Origin: Arenicellaceae bacterium | GTDB taxonomy: Bacteria; Pseudomonadota; Gammaproteobacteria; Arenicellales; Arenicellaceae | Length of the DNA: 64,000 nt | NCBI GenBank assembly: GCA_029246505.1 | Contig: JAQWNC010000015.1 | Span: 147,662-211,661, forward strand | Direction of reading: 5' to 3' | In this document: positions 19,644 to 29,378 of the stretch, piece after piece | How the letters are laid out: every line of letters starts with the position of its first letter | Position numbering within the stretch: the stretch's first letter is position 1 | The notes under the pieces: model-generated | Seen by the model: only the letters and a program-made list of their open reading frames with translations | Database searches by the model: none | Told to the model about the DNA's origin: nothing | Position numbers and translations under genes: made by a program

Positions 19644-20191
19644 CCTCTTTGTTGCCAACCTTCAGAACTCTCAGCTTGCCTAGTATCGGTTTGTTAGCGT
19701 ACAGATAGATCGGTAACACAACAGAAAATAAACAATTGTTGCGCAGAATATGAGCAAGTATTATGAATAGCGAAAGGGTCGGCCTCACTATTTTTCTCTG
19801 CCTTTTGCGTATTTTGTAGCACGCGCCGCTCTGGGCGCAGTCGTCAGCAGCTTATGCACCTATGTTCTGCAAAGAACTTCTATGATCCCAGCTAGTTGAT
19901 CACCGATAGATACTAGTTGTGCGGTGGGTAATGTCTTTAGTATTTCATACACCGTCACAGAACCCGGCTTATCAGGATCAGCCGCGTGATCATGGGGCGT
20001 AGTACCTGACCTATAGTCAGCCGAACGGTGCCACGATATTCCATATTATCATATCCAGCAGACATCAATTGGGTCGCATTAAATGGTTGTGTAAACTAAG
20101 TGTCATTTATCAATCAAATAGATGTATAAAAGCATCTGTCATTCTGTATAAATTAATCGGCCACGCTACACTTTGAAAGGCCTCGAGTATA

Positions 20192-20216
20192 ATTCTTGAC
20201 TAAATCACTAGGTTTT
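20192..20216 (+). promoter_or_regulatory. Second, weaker IscR type-1-like site overlapping the -35
   Basis: ATTCTTGACTAAATCACTAGGTTTT matches about 20 of 25 consensus positions. Its centre lies about 31 bp from the stronger site. Confidence 0.4.
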
Positions 20217-20224
20217 ATTATAAT
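20196..20224 (+). promoter_or_regulatory. Near-consensus sigma70 promoter of the iscR-suf operon
   Basis: TTGACT (20196-20201), a 17-nt spacer, then TATAAT (20219-20224), 37 nt upstream of the iscR ATG at 20261. Confidence 0.65.
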
Positions 20225-20247
20225 TCCCGACTGTTTTAGTCAGGATT
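20223..20247 (+). promoter_or_regulatory. IscR type-1 binding site (strong match)
   Basis: ATTCCCGACTGTTTTAGTCAGGATT versus the recalled type-1 consensus ATASYYGACTRwwwYAGTCRRSTAT. The GACT-N5-AGTC core is perfect. The site overlaps the -10 and the transcription start region. Confidence 0.7.
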
Positions 20248-20260
20248 GTTGATTTCGCCT

Positions 20261-20743
20261 ATGAAGCTCACGACCAAAGGCCGATACGCGGTAACCGCTA
20301 TGATGGATCTTGCGATTCAATCAAGCGCTTCTCCCGTGGCGCTGGAAGAAATCTCCGGCCGGCAAGATATTTCTCAATCGTATCTTGAACAGTTATTCGC
20401 TCTTCTTCGACGCGCAGGGCTGGTAGAGGGTATTCGCGGGCCGCACGGCGGCTATCAATTGGCGCGCGATGTTAATGAAATATCCATTGCCGAAGTTATT
20501 GCTGCGGTAGACGAAAACATTGATCTAACTTGCGGCAATGGCAGTTCCTGCAGCGGTGACGCAGACCCCTGCCTCACCCATGGTTTATGGACAACGTTAA
20601 GCGAACAAATATATAACTTCTTACATGGAATAAAGCTCGGCGAACTTATTAAATCGCCAGAAGTACTAAAGATCACTCAAAAAAGGGAAGTCGGCCGTGT
20701 CGCCGATATCCCGGTGCACTTACAAGTAGGCAATATAAACTAA
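20261..20743 (+). CDS. iscR: Fe-S cluster assembly transcriptional regulator IscR (Rrf2 family)
   Basis: [18 protein letters not shown], an Rrf2 winged helix, and the cluster ligand region [17 protein letters not shown]. The track ORF begins 15 nt upstream at TTG 20246. Confidence 0.88.
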   Translation: MKLTTKGRYAVTAMMDLAIQSSASPVALEEISGRQDISQSYLEQLFALLRRAGLVEGIRGPHGGYQLARDVNEISIAEVIAAVDENIDLTCGNGSSCSGDADPCLTHGLWTTLSEQIYNFLHGIKLGELIKSPEVLKITQKREVGRVADIPVHLQVGNIN

Positions 20744-20744
20744 T

Positions 20745-22208
20745 ATGGGCGATTCAACACAAGAACTGGATGCGCTGGTTAAGCGCAAATACAAAGAAGG
20801 CTTTGTTACTAACATTGAATCGGACACTCTGCCGCCAGGATTAGATGAAGACGTTATCCGCGAAATATCTCGCCGGAAAAACGAACCAGAATTCATGCTG
20901 GAATGGCGATTGGAGGCATATCGAAAATGGCTTGATATGCCCGAACCTGAATGGGCACATATAAATTATCCTAAAATAAATTTTCAGGATATCTCTTATT
21001 TTTCTGCACCAAAAAACCCTGATGATGGGCCAGAAAGCCTTGATGAGGTTGACCCTCGATTATTAGAAACCTATGCAAAATTGGGTATCCCCTTAGAAGA
21101 ACAGAAAATGCTTGCTGGTGTGAAAGGCGCCAATATTGCCGTAGATGCAGTTTTTGATAGCGTGTCAGTTCGTACCACCTTCCGAGGCAAACTAGCTGAA
21201 GCGGGGGTTATTTTTTGTCCGATATCTGAAGCACTACAAGAACATCCTGAATTGATTAAAAAATATCTAGGTTCTGTAGTCCCGCAAACAGATAACTACT
21301 ATGCCGCTTTGAACTCTGCCGTGTTTAGCGATGGCTCTTTTGTCTATATACCCAAGGGTGTTCGCTGCCCAATGGAGCTATCGACCTATTTTCGTATAAA
21401 CGAAATGAATACCGGTCAATTCGAGCGCACCTTAATTATTGCAGAAGAAGGCTCTTACGTTAGCTATCTTGAGGGGTGTACCGCTCCGATGCGCGACGAA
21501 AACCAACTACATGCCGCTGTGGTCGAATTGGTCACCATGAAAGACGCCGAAATCAAATACTCAACGGTACAGAATTGGTATCCCGGAGATGAAAACGGGC
21601 GTGGTGGGATATATAACTTTGTTACGAAACGCGGGGCTTGCCGTGGAGATAATTCCAAAATTTCCTGGACACAAGTAGAGACTGGCTCAGCCATCACCTG
21701 GAAATATCCAAGCGTGATCCTTTATGGTAACCATTCGGTAGGAGAATTTTATTCAGTCGCACTGACCCATAATATGCAGCAAGCCGACACTGGCACTAAA
21801 ATGGTCCATATAGGAAAGAACACATCTAGCACGATAATTTCAAAAGGAATTTCGGCCGGACGAGGCCAGAACACCTATCGCGGACAAGTAAAAATATTGC
21901 GTGGCGCTGACGGCGCCAGAAACTACTCTCAATGCGACTCCTTATTAATGGGTGACCAATGTGGAGCGCACACTTTCCCGTATGTAGAAGTTCAAAATAA
22001 AACTGCGAACCTTGAGCACGAAGCCACCACCTCAAAAATATCAGAGGATCAGCTTTTCTATTTGCGCCAGCGAGGCTTAAGTGAAGAATCGGCTGTATCG
22101 ATGATCGTAAATGGGTTCTGTAAAGAAGTTTTTCGAGAGCTACCAATGGAATTTGCCGTAGAGGCTCAAAAGCTTCTAGATGTCAGCCTGGAAGGCGCTG
22201 TTGGCTAA
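20745..22208 (+). CDS. sufB: Fe-S cluster assembly scaffold protein SufB
   Basis: 487 aa. [28 protein letters not shown] and the C-terminal FCKEVF...LEGAVG are typical SufB. Confidence 0.95.
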   Translation: MGDSTQELDALVKRKYKEGFVTNIESDTLPPGLDEDVIREISRRKNEPEFMLEWRLEAYRKWLDMPEPEWAHINYPKINFQDISYFSAPKNPDDGPESLDEVDPRLLETYAKLGIPLEEQKMLAGVKGANIAVDAVFDSVSVRTTFRGKLAEAGVIFCPISEALQEHPELIKKYLGSVVPQTDNYYAALNSAVFSDGSFVYIPKGVRCPMELSTYFRINEMNTGQFERTLIIAEEGSYVSYLEGCTAPMRDENQLHAAVVELVTMKDAEIKYSTVQNWYPGDENGRGGIYNFVTKRGACRGDNSKISWTQVETGSAITWKYPSVILYGNHSVGEFYSVALTHNMQQADTGTKMVHIGKNTSSTIISKGISAGRGQNTYRGQVKILRGADGARNYSQCDSLLMGDQCGAHTFPYVEVQNKTANLEHEATTSKISEDQLFYLRQRGLSEESAVSMIVNGFCKEVFRELPMEFAVEAQKLLDVSLEGAVG

Positions 22209-22240
22209 CCCGAACCAAATAAAAATAGAATTGAGATAAT

Positions 22241-22996
22241 ATGTTAAGCATAAAAAACTTAAAAGCCGAGATTGGCGGTAAAAAAATACTAAAAGGCCTG
22301 TCTTTAGAAGTGGCCGCTGGAGAAGTACACGCGATAATGGGTCCCAATGGATCTGGCAAGAGTAGCTTTGCAAATGTACTGGCCGGGCACGGTGGTTATG
22401 AAATGACGGGTGGAAGCATTAATTATCTCGGCAAAGACCTGACTGAATTTAACGTTGAAGAACGTGCCGCTGAGGGCCTTTTTTTAGCCTTCCAATACCC
22501 AATGGAGATTCCTGGTGTAAGTAATATCGCCATGTTAAAAACTGCGGTGAATTCTATTCGAAAGTACCGTAATGAAGATGAGTTGACCGCTGGTGCGTTT
22601 CTAAAAGTTATAAAGAAAAAAGCTGCGCTTGTTGAAATGAAACAAGAGCTTCTAAAGCGTTCCGTCAATGAGGGGTTCTCAGGCGGAGAAAAAAAGAGAA
22701 ACGAAATTCTGCAAATGGCCGTTCTCGAACCAACACTGTCAGTACTGGATGAGACAGATTCAGGGCTTGATATTGATGCACTCAAGATAGTTGCCCACGG
22801 TGTAAATACGTTACGCTCTCCAGATCGCTCCATGATCGTAATAACCCACTATCAACGTCTTCTTGACTACATTCAGCCAGATTACGTTCATGTGCTTGCC
22901 GATGGCCAGATAGTAAAAACCGGAAACAAAAATCTTGCCCTTGAACTTGAAGAGCGTGGTTACGGATGGCTCGAAAAACAAGTTGTGAACGGATAA
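22241..22996 (+). CDS. sufC: Fe-S cluster assembly ATPase SufC
   Basis: 251 aa. Walker A GPNGSGKSS, ABC signature FSGGEKKRNEILQ and Walker B LSVLDETDSGLD. Confidence 0.95.
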   Translation: MLSIKNLKAEIGGKKILKGLSLEVAAGEVHAIMGPNGSGKSSFANVLAGHGGYEMTGGSINYLGKDLTEFNVEERAAEGLFLAFQYPMEIPGVSNIAMLKTAVNSIRKYRNEDELTAGAFLKVIKKKAALVEMKQELLKRSVNEGFSGGEKKRNEILQMAVLEPTLSVLDETDSGLDIDALKIVAHGVNTLRSPDRSMIVITHYQRLLDYIQPDYVHVLADGQIVKTGNKNLALELEERGYGWLEKQVVNG

Positions 22997-24325
22997 ATGA
23001 CCGCACTGCATAATTTTCTAATTGCCCAAAAGCAAGCCAACGAAGCCGCACCGGAATGGTTAAGCTCGCTTCAACAGGTCGCTTTCAGTCAACTAAAAAA
23101 CCGCGGGCTACCGAGCGCCCAAGATGAAGAGTGGCGCCTGACCCGACTCACCGAGCTATATAAGCAGGAATTTAGGCCTGCCATCGCGACAAACACACTT
23201 TCATTGCAAAAAACACTGCTCACTCCTTCTGCAGGTAGTCGCATCGTATTTGTTAACGGGGTATTAGACACCGGATTATCAGATAGTAGCTTTGTTGCCG
23301 GATTAGCGATTGAGCCACTTGAACAAGCCGTTATATCCGATAAGCTTAATTTAGAAACATTTTTCAATGCCTCTCCTCCGCTGGAACAACATGGCTTTTT
23401 ATCGGCCAATACTGCTTTTTCAAAAAGCGGTTACGTTATTCGTATTAGTGCGGACTCGATTATTGATAACCCAATTGAAATTATATTTATAGCTAATAAT
23501 ACAGGTCCTGCTGCTTGGCACTGCCGCAACATCATCGTTGCAGATCAATTTAGCAAGGCAACAATAATCGAACGACACGTAGCCAACGATACCGCGGAAA
23601 CTTATTTAAGCAATTGTGTAACAGAGCTGCACCTTGCTGACGGCAGCCATCTTGATTTTTATAAATATCAAGATGAGTCGCTTGATGCCTACCATATTGG
23701 TGGGGTTTACAGTAAGCAGTCGCGTGATAGCTATTTAGCCACTAACAATATTGCTATTGGAAGCAAAATCGCCCGCACCGATATATACGCGACATTGTCA
23801 GCAGAAGGCGCGCATTGTGAGATGAACGGCCTATCCGTTTTAGCTGGCGATCAACACGTCGAGAATTGTACCGAGGTAATTCATGCGAAACCCAATTGCA
23901 CCAGCGACGAATACTATAAGTCCGTGCTTGACGATCAGGCCCGATCTGTTTTTCGTGGTCGCATTATCGTAGCTAAAGATGCTCAGAAGACAGATGCAAA
24001 TCAACAAAATAAGAATCTGCTGCTGTCTAGCCGGGCAGAAGCCGATACCAAGCCACAGTTAGAGATTTATGCTGATGACGTAAAGTGCGCACATGGTGCT
24101 ACCGTAGGCCAATTGGAAGAAAAGTCCGTGTTCTATTTGCGTAGTCGAGGTGTTTCGGAAACAATGGCTCGTGCACTACTTACCTTCGCGTTCGCTAATG
24201 ACGTAATACGTCGTTTTCACTTGGCTGACTTACAGAAGCAGCTATCGGCGCAGTTAGCTGACAGAATATTAGGCGAAGCCGCAAGCGCTATTGAAACAGA
24301 TAGCTTATTTGGAGAGCCGCTTTGA
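22997..24325 (+). CDS. sufD: Fe-S cluster assembly protein SufD
   Basis: 442 aa. The position and the C-terminal SufB/D beta-helix motifs (QLEIYADDVKCAHGATVGQL, FYLRSRG) fit SufD. Confidence 0.9.
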   Translation: MTALHNFLIAQKQANEAAPEWLSSLQQVAFSQLKNRGLPSAQDEEWRLTRLTELYKQEFRPAIATNTLSLQKTLLTPSAGSRIVFVNGVLDTGLSDSSFVAGLAIEPLEQAVISDKLNLETFFNASPPLEQHGFLSANTAFSKSGYVIRISADSIIDNPIEIIFIANNTGPAAWHCRNIIVADQFSKATIIERHVANDTAETYLSNCVTELHLADGSHLDFYKYQDESLDAYHIGGVYSKQSRDSYLATNNIAIGSKIARTDIYATLSAEGAHCEMNGLSVLAGDQHVENCTEVIHAKPNCTSDEYYKSVLDDQARSVFRGRIIVAKDAQKTDANQQNKNLLLSSRAEADTKPQLEIYADDVKCAHGATVGQLEEKSVFYLRSRGVSETMARALLTFAFANDVIRRFHLADLQKQLSAQLADRILGEAASAIETDSLFGEPL

Positions 24326-25566
24326 ACCATGCCGCCACTCCCTTGGGTATGTTAGATACAGCCGCAATTCGTGCAGATTTCCCCATATTAAATCAGCAAA
24401 TCAATGGACACCCATTGGTATATCTTGATAATGGGGCCACTACGCAAAAACCTGCTCAAGTGATCGAGGCCTTAGAGCATTTTTATAAAGTAGACTATTC
24501 CAATGTTCATCGTGGCATCCACACACTTAGCCAGCGCGCCACCGAACGTTTTGAAAATGCCCGACAAACTGTAAGACATTTTATTGGTGCCGATTCAGAG
24601 AAAGAAATTATTTTTACTCGTGGCACGACAGAGTCCATAAACTTAGTGGCCCATTCATGGGGCGATAAAAACTTGCACGCCCATGACGAAATTCTAGTGT
24701 CGGAAATGGAACATCACTCTAATATTGTTCCGTGGCAAATACTTGCACAAAAAAAGCAAGCTCGAGTTGTTCCTATACCGATAGATGATGATGGCGCTCT
24801 TAATATGGCAGCATTTCATCAACGCCTTTCAGCAAAAACCCGAATTGTCGCCATTACCGAACTATCGAATGCTTTAGGCACTCTACCGCCACTAGACGAA
24901 ATAATATTAGCCGCACATAAAGTCGGCGCAGTTGTTCTTGTCGATGGCGCTCAATCTGTCGCTCATAAAGCCGTAAACGTGGCGGAGCTTGATTGTGATT
25001 TCTACGCCTTTTCTGGGCATAAGGTTTATGGTCCAAGCGGAATCGGTATTTTGTATGCCAAGCAAACGCTCCTTGAACATATGCCTCCGTATCAAAGTGG
25101 CGGAGACATGATCTCGGAAGTATCCTTTACTGGCACGACATATAACGCGCTTCCATATAAGTTTGAAGCCGGCACCCCAAACATAGTTGGCGCCGATGGA
25201 TTAGCTATAGCGCTAAATTATCTAAGCAACATTGGTCTAAACAATATCGCGCAGCACGAAGCTAACCTTCTGAGCTACGCCACTGACAAAGCTCTCGAGA
25301 TCCCGGGGCTTCACATAGTCGGCTCAGCAAAATATAAAGCCGGAATTCTGTCATTCGTGATTGATGGCGTTCATGCCACTGATCTCGGCACACTGCTTAA
25401 CCAACAAGGTGTTGCTATCCGTGTCGGCCACCACTGTGCCATGCCGGTAATGCAGCGTTTTAATCTGGTGTCTACCGCACGGATTTCACTTGGTATTTAC
25501 AACACCATTGAAGATATTGATATTTGTTTTACATCGATTAACAAAGCACTCGAAATATTGGCATAA
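24322..25566 (+). CDS. sufS: Cysteine desulfurase SufS (class V aminotransferase, group II)
   Basis: 414 aa. YLDNGATTQKP, PLP-lysine region FSGHKVYGPSGIG and active-site RVGHHCAMP. Confidence 0.93.
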   Translation: MNHAATPLGMLDTAAIRADFPILNQQINGHPLVYLDNGATTQKPAQVIEALEHFYKVDYSNVHRGIHTLSQRATERFENARQTVRHFIGADSEKEIIFTRGTTESINLVAHSWGDKNLHAHDEILVSEMEHHSNIVPWQILAQKKQARVVPIPIDDDGALNMAAFHQRLSAKTRIVAITELSNALGTLPPLDEIILAAHKVGAVVLVDGAQSVAHKAVNVAELDCDFYAFSGHKVYGPSGIGILYAKQTLLEHMPPYQSGGDMISEVSFTGTTYNALPYKFEAGTPNIVGADGLAIALNYLSNIGLNNIAQHEANLLSYATDKALEIPGLHIVGSAKYKAGILSFVIDGVHATDLGTLLNQQGVAIRVGHHCAMPVMQRFNLVSTARISLGIYNTIEDIDICFTSINKALEILA

Positions 25567-25568
25567 CA

Positions 25569-25922
25569 ATGACTAACTCTATTATTGAATACGCGGACAT
25601 GTCGCTCGAAGAGCGCATAAAAGATCTAAAAGAACGTATCGTTGCGTCGCTAAAAGAAGTTTACGACCCAGAAATTCCAGTCAATATTTACGACCTTGGT
25701 CTAATTTACACCGTCGACATTAACGACGAATATTTTGTAGACGTGGCAATGACGCTAACTGCTCCGGGGTGCCCGGTTGCAGATTCTTTTCCTGGTATTG
25801 TAGAAAACGCCGTGCGAGGAGTGGTTGGAGTATCAGATGCCAAAGTTGAGCTGACTTTTGACCCGCCATGGACAATGGAGTTGATGAGTGAAGAAGCCCG
25901 GTTAGAATTAGGCATGATGTAA
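25569..25922 (+). CDS. SUF-associated DUF59 Fe-S assembly protein (SufT/MIP18-like)
   Basis: 117 aa. VYDPEIPVNIYDLGLIY...MTLTAPGCPVA is the DUF59 signature. It lies immediately after sufS. Confidence 0.8.
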   Translation: MTNSIIEYADMSLEERIKDLKERIVASLKEVYDPEIPVNIYDLGLIYTVDINDEYFVDVAMTLTAPGCPVADSFPGIVENAVRGVVGVSDAKVELTFDPPWTMELMSEEARLELGMM

Positions 25923-26000
25923 TCAATAAGCTGTGGTCTCTGGCAAAACTTCCTAAAGATTAATTTCCATAAGCATTGAAGGCTATATACTTGTCGAATA

Positions 26001-27059
26001 ATGAGTGCATATAATAAAACTATAATCTTATCTCTTGCGATACTCGCTGTTATCGGGATATTTTACGTCCTCGTTGTAGGAAAAACGCTGCTAGTCCCGC
26101 TCGCCGTAGCTGTAATGATTTGGTACATAATTAACGCCCTTAGTAAATCTTACCAGAGATGGCTTATCCCGCAGCTTGGTAAACCAGAGTGGTTAACTAA
26201 ATTATTTGCTGTACTGACAATTGGCGCGGCAGCATTTTTCGTTTTTAATATTATCGAGGCCAGCATTGGAACAGTGGTTGAGCAGGTTCCCGTCTACCGG
26301 GCAAACCTTAATAGTCTAATTGGTGAATGGTTTGCCCAATATGGATTGGAAAAATACCTGGATGTAGCAGAAATTACTCAATCAATCGAAGTCGTACCCT
26401 TTATACGTGAACTAGGCGCTGCGCTTACCGGGCTATTTGGAAAATCCTTATTAGTATTAATTTATGTCTTATTTTTACTTTTAGAGCAAACACGATTTGA
26501 CTCAAAAATCGCTTCTTTGTTTCCAAACACGGCACGTCGCACAGAAATTCGCTCACTAATTGCTCGTACTCAGGATGACATACAAACCTATATATGGATT
26601 AAAACCTTGGCAAGTATTACAACAGGTCTAACCAGTTATTGTGTTTTGTTATTCGTCGGTGTAGATTTCCCCGAGTTTTGGGCTTTTTTAATATTTATGC
26701 TCAATTACATACCAACGATAGGGTCTATTATTGCCACGCTATTTCCCGCGGTGCTTGCCCTGGTTCAGTTTGAAGCCCCACTGCAACCTTTTCTTATTGT
26801 TTTGCTTAGCGTCGGCTCCATTCAATTCCTTATCGGAAGTGTAATCGAGCCTAGATTATTAGGCGACTCGCTGAACTTAAGCCCCTTAGTTGTTCTATTG
26901 TCACTTGCTTTGTGGGGAAGCATTTGGGGTATTGCAGGAATGTTTCTTTGTGTTCCGCTTACCGTAATCTGTGTGATTATTCTTGCTCACTTTACACAAA
27001 CACGCCCAATTGCCGTGTTGCTTTCAGGCAGCGGTAAACTCAGATTTATTGAAGACTAG
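26001..27059 (+). CDS. AI-2E family transporter (PerM/YhhT, UPF0118)
   Basis: 352 aa with about 8 TM helices. NYIPTIGSIIAT and the C-terminal GIAGMFLCVPLT are typical of the family. Confidence 0.75.
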   Translation: MSAYNKTIILSLAILAVIGIFYVLVVGKTLLVPLAVAVMIWYIINALSKSYQRWLIPQLGKPEWLTKLFAVLTIGAAAFFVFNIIEASIGTVVEQVPVYRANLNSLIGEWFAQYGLEKYLDVAEITQSIEVVPFIRELGAALTGLFGKSLLVLIYVLFLLLEQTRFDSKIASLFPNTARRTEIRSLIARTQDDIQTYIWIKTLASITTGLTSYCVLLFVGVDFPEFWAFLIFMLNYIPTIGSIIATLFPAVLALVQFEAPLQPFLIVLLSVGSIQFLIGSVIEPRLLGDSLNLSPLVVLLSLALWGSIWGIAGMFLCVPLTVICVIILAHFTQTRPIAVLLSGSGKLRFIED

Positions 27060-27099
27060 TTCGCTGTACTTGCGATAGCAGATCTAGCATTTTTAACCC

Positions 27100-27966
27100 T
27101 TAGGCAGTCAGCGCCTCTCGCACCAGCAAGGCCCGTTTACGCGTTGCTCCCCAACGATACTTCCCTATAACGCCGGTTGATCGAATTACCCGATGACACG
27201 GTATTAATATTGACACCGGGTTTGCCCCAACTGCCGTACCGACCGCCCGTTGAGCTTTCGGTCGCCCTACGTTTTCGGCCAACTGTTGATATGCCGCAGT
27301 GTCACCAAAAGGGATTTCTAGCAATGCTTTCCAAACTTGAACCTGAAAATTAGTGCCACGAACATCCAGTGCTACCCTATTTGTGCTTTTAGTAGAAAAA
27401 ACTTTACTTAGTATCTGTTTTGCTTCACTTTGATCTTCACTAAGTGCCGCTAAAGTCCATTCTCTTTGAATCCTTTGCAACGCTTGCGTAACAGAATAAT
27501 CATCATCGACAAACTGAAGCGAGCAAATGCCGCGCTGGGTCCAAGCGACCACTGCTTGCCCAAACGGTGTTTCACTCAAACCCCACCAAATGCTCACATA
27601 ATGGACATACTCCGCCAATTCTCCTGGCGTCATAGCAACTATATTACCCGTACAATCATTAAGTCGAGACGCTGAGGAAACCCCGCCGTCCATCGCTGCT
27701 GCAAAAACCTTTTTACCGACCCGCAAACCATCAGCCGCTTGCAAATAAGAAACAAATTGAATGAATCGTGAGGGACTTATACCAGCCCACGAATTAAACA
27801 ATCTCCTCAACTTTAACCCCGAAACCCCCAATTGTTGTGCTAATACAGATGGCGACAATGCCTCTAGGTTAGACGCGACTATCTGATTTATCGCGCGCGC
27901 TACCAGACGGTATTCCTGGTTACTGCTGGAAACTTCATCTGCATGAGTCATATCCAAAGTGTGCAT
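27100..27966 (-). CDS. AraC-type HTH domain fused to O6-alkylguanine-DNA alkyltransferase (Ada-like, lacking the Zn N-Ada domain)
   Basis: 288 aa. C-terminal MGMT active site IPCHRVI. N-terminal AraC-like HTH (LAQQLGVSGLKLRRLFNSWAGISPSRFIQ). Confidence 0.8.
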   Translation of the reverse strand: MHTLDMTHADEVSSSNQEYRLVARAINQIVASNLEALSPSVLAQQLGVSGLKLRRLFNSWAGISPSRFIQFVSYLQAADGLRVGKKVFAAAMDGGVSSASRLNDCTGNIVAMTPGELAEYVHYVSIWWGLSETPFGQAVVAWTQRGICSLQFVDDDYSVTQALQRIQREWTLAALSEDQSEAKQILSKVFSTKSTNRVALDVRGTNFQVQVWKALLEIPFGDTAAYQQLAENVGRPKAQRAVGTAVGANPVSILIPCHRVIRSTGVIGKYRWGATRKRALLVREALTA

Positions 27967-28047
27967 GCTTGAAACTTTCGGGTCGACCCGGTTTTTTATC
28001 TAGCTGTAGGAGCTCTTAGTCTAACTATTAGGTTCGACTGCAGGCCT

Positions 28048-29334
28048 CTAGTCAACAGGATTTACTCGTGAAAGTGCAACTGCTTTTAAAAGATTTAGCG
28101 CTTCATTTAGCTGGTAATCTGTGATTTCACCTTCGCCCGCATCACCAACTGCGCTCTGATCTTCCTCATTATTCAAATGACCACGCAAATCGGCCTCTCT
28201 AACCCGCGGGCCAGCCTCTGGCCGAGTAACCTCTAAACGTTCAACCAATATATCTGGCTCGATACCTTCGGCTTGTATAGACCTCCCATGTGGTGTGTAA
28301 TAGCGTGCTGTAGTTAATTTGATCGCACCATTACCATGCACCGGCAATATTGTTTGTACCGATCCTTTTCCAAAAGTTTTGGTACCTACAACCAAAGCCC
28401 GCCGGTGGTCTTGCAACGCTCCAGCCACAATCTCAGATGCAGAGGCAGAACCACCATTTACCAATACAACAATAGGCGCACCATCCACATGGTCAGTTGG
28501 TGACGCTTCAAAAGATAGTTTTGCACCATCAGTTCGCCCTTGTGTTGATACTATTTTACCTACCTTAAGAAAAGCGTCAGATACAGATACCGCCGCCTTT
28601 AACAAACCCCCAGGGTTATTACGCAAATCGATTATTAAACCTAACAAGGCACCATCATTGTCCGATACTAAATCTTTAATCTGTGCCCTCAATGTTTCTG
28701 CGGTGGACACCTGGAACTGTGATATCCGTATGTATCCGTAACCAGGTTCCAACGTTCGGCTACGAACACTGCGAACCTTAATAACTGCGCGTTCTAGCTC
28801 GACGTCAAAAGATGCGCTCTCGCCCTCACGCACGATTGTCAAAATAATAGTTGTGCCTGGGTCCCCGCGCATCTTATCGACGGCTTCTTGTAATGGGGCA
28901 TCGCGCAATGATTGGCCATCAATACTAACAATCAAGTCTCCACTTAAAAGACCGGCACGTTCTGCCGGTGTTTCGTCTATAGGAGAAACGATTTTTATAT
29001 ACCCATTCTCTCCGACAATTTCTATTCCCAGGCCGCCAAACTTTCCACTCGTGCCCGTTTGTAGCTCGTCATACCCGTTCGGATCCAGATATATCGAATG
29101 TGGGTCAAGGCCAGCCAACATGCCACTAATGGCACTTTCAATAAGATCTTCGTCGCTCACTTCCTCCACATACGCAGCCTTAATCCTGACAAACGCTTCA
29201 GTGAATGTCCGCAACTCCTCAAGTGGTAGCGGTGTTTCAGAATTGATGTCCAAATTATTTTCTTCTTGTGCGACGGAGATACTTATCAAGCTCAACACTA
29301 GAATTAACCCGCAAAAACCCTTTCTAAAGTTCAT
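28048..29334 (-). CDS. ctpA: Carboxy-terminal processing peptidase (S41A, CtpA/Prc-like)
   Basis: 428 aa. Signal peptide, PDZ region (GDLIVSIDG), catalytic GGSASASEIVAGALQD and TFGKGSVQ. Confidence 0.9.
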   Translation of the reverse strand: MNFRKGFCGLILVLSLISISVAQEENNLDINSETPLPLEELRTFTEAFVRIKAAYVEEVSDEDLIESAISGMLAGLDPHSIYLDPNGYDELQTGTSGKFGGLGIEIVGENGYIKIVSPIDETPAERAGLLSGDLIVSIDGQSLRDAPLQEAVDKMRGDPGTTIILTIVREGESASFDVELERAVIKVRSVRSRTLEPGYGYIRISQFQVSTAETLRAQIKDLVSDNDGALLGLIIDLRNNPGGLLKAAVSVSDAFLKVGKIVSTQGRTDGAKLSFEASPTDHVDGAPIVVLVNGGSASASEIVAGALQDHRRALVVGTKTFGKGSVQTILPVHGNGAIKLTTARYYTPHGRSIQAEGIEPDILVERLEVTRPEAGPRVREADLRGHLNNEEDQSAVGDAGEGEITDYQLNEALNLLKAVALSRVNPVD

Positions 29335-29378
29335 TAACTAACTCCCAATACCGTATATTCGGCGATTATATTTACCCA

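Noticed and set aside
27979-27997. The palindrome CGGGTCGACCCG followed by GTTTTTT looks like a plus-strand intrinsic terminator.
   Set aside because: Both flanking genes are on the minus strand, where the hairpin is followed by AAAGTTT rather than a U-tract. Its function is unclear, and it may be a weak terminator after ctpA. The support is not strong enough to annotate.
28020-28047. AGGTTCGACTGCAGG resembles the T-arm (GGTTCGACTCC) of tRNA-Sec (selC). It was checked because of the selenoprotein candidate.
   Set aside because: No complementary T-stem, acceptor stem or UCA anticodon arm can be drawn around it. The segment is only the 80-bp ctpA-ada spacer.
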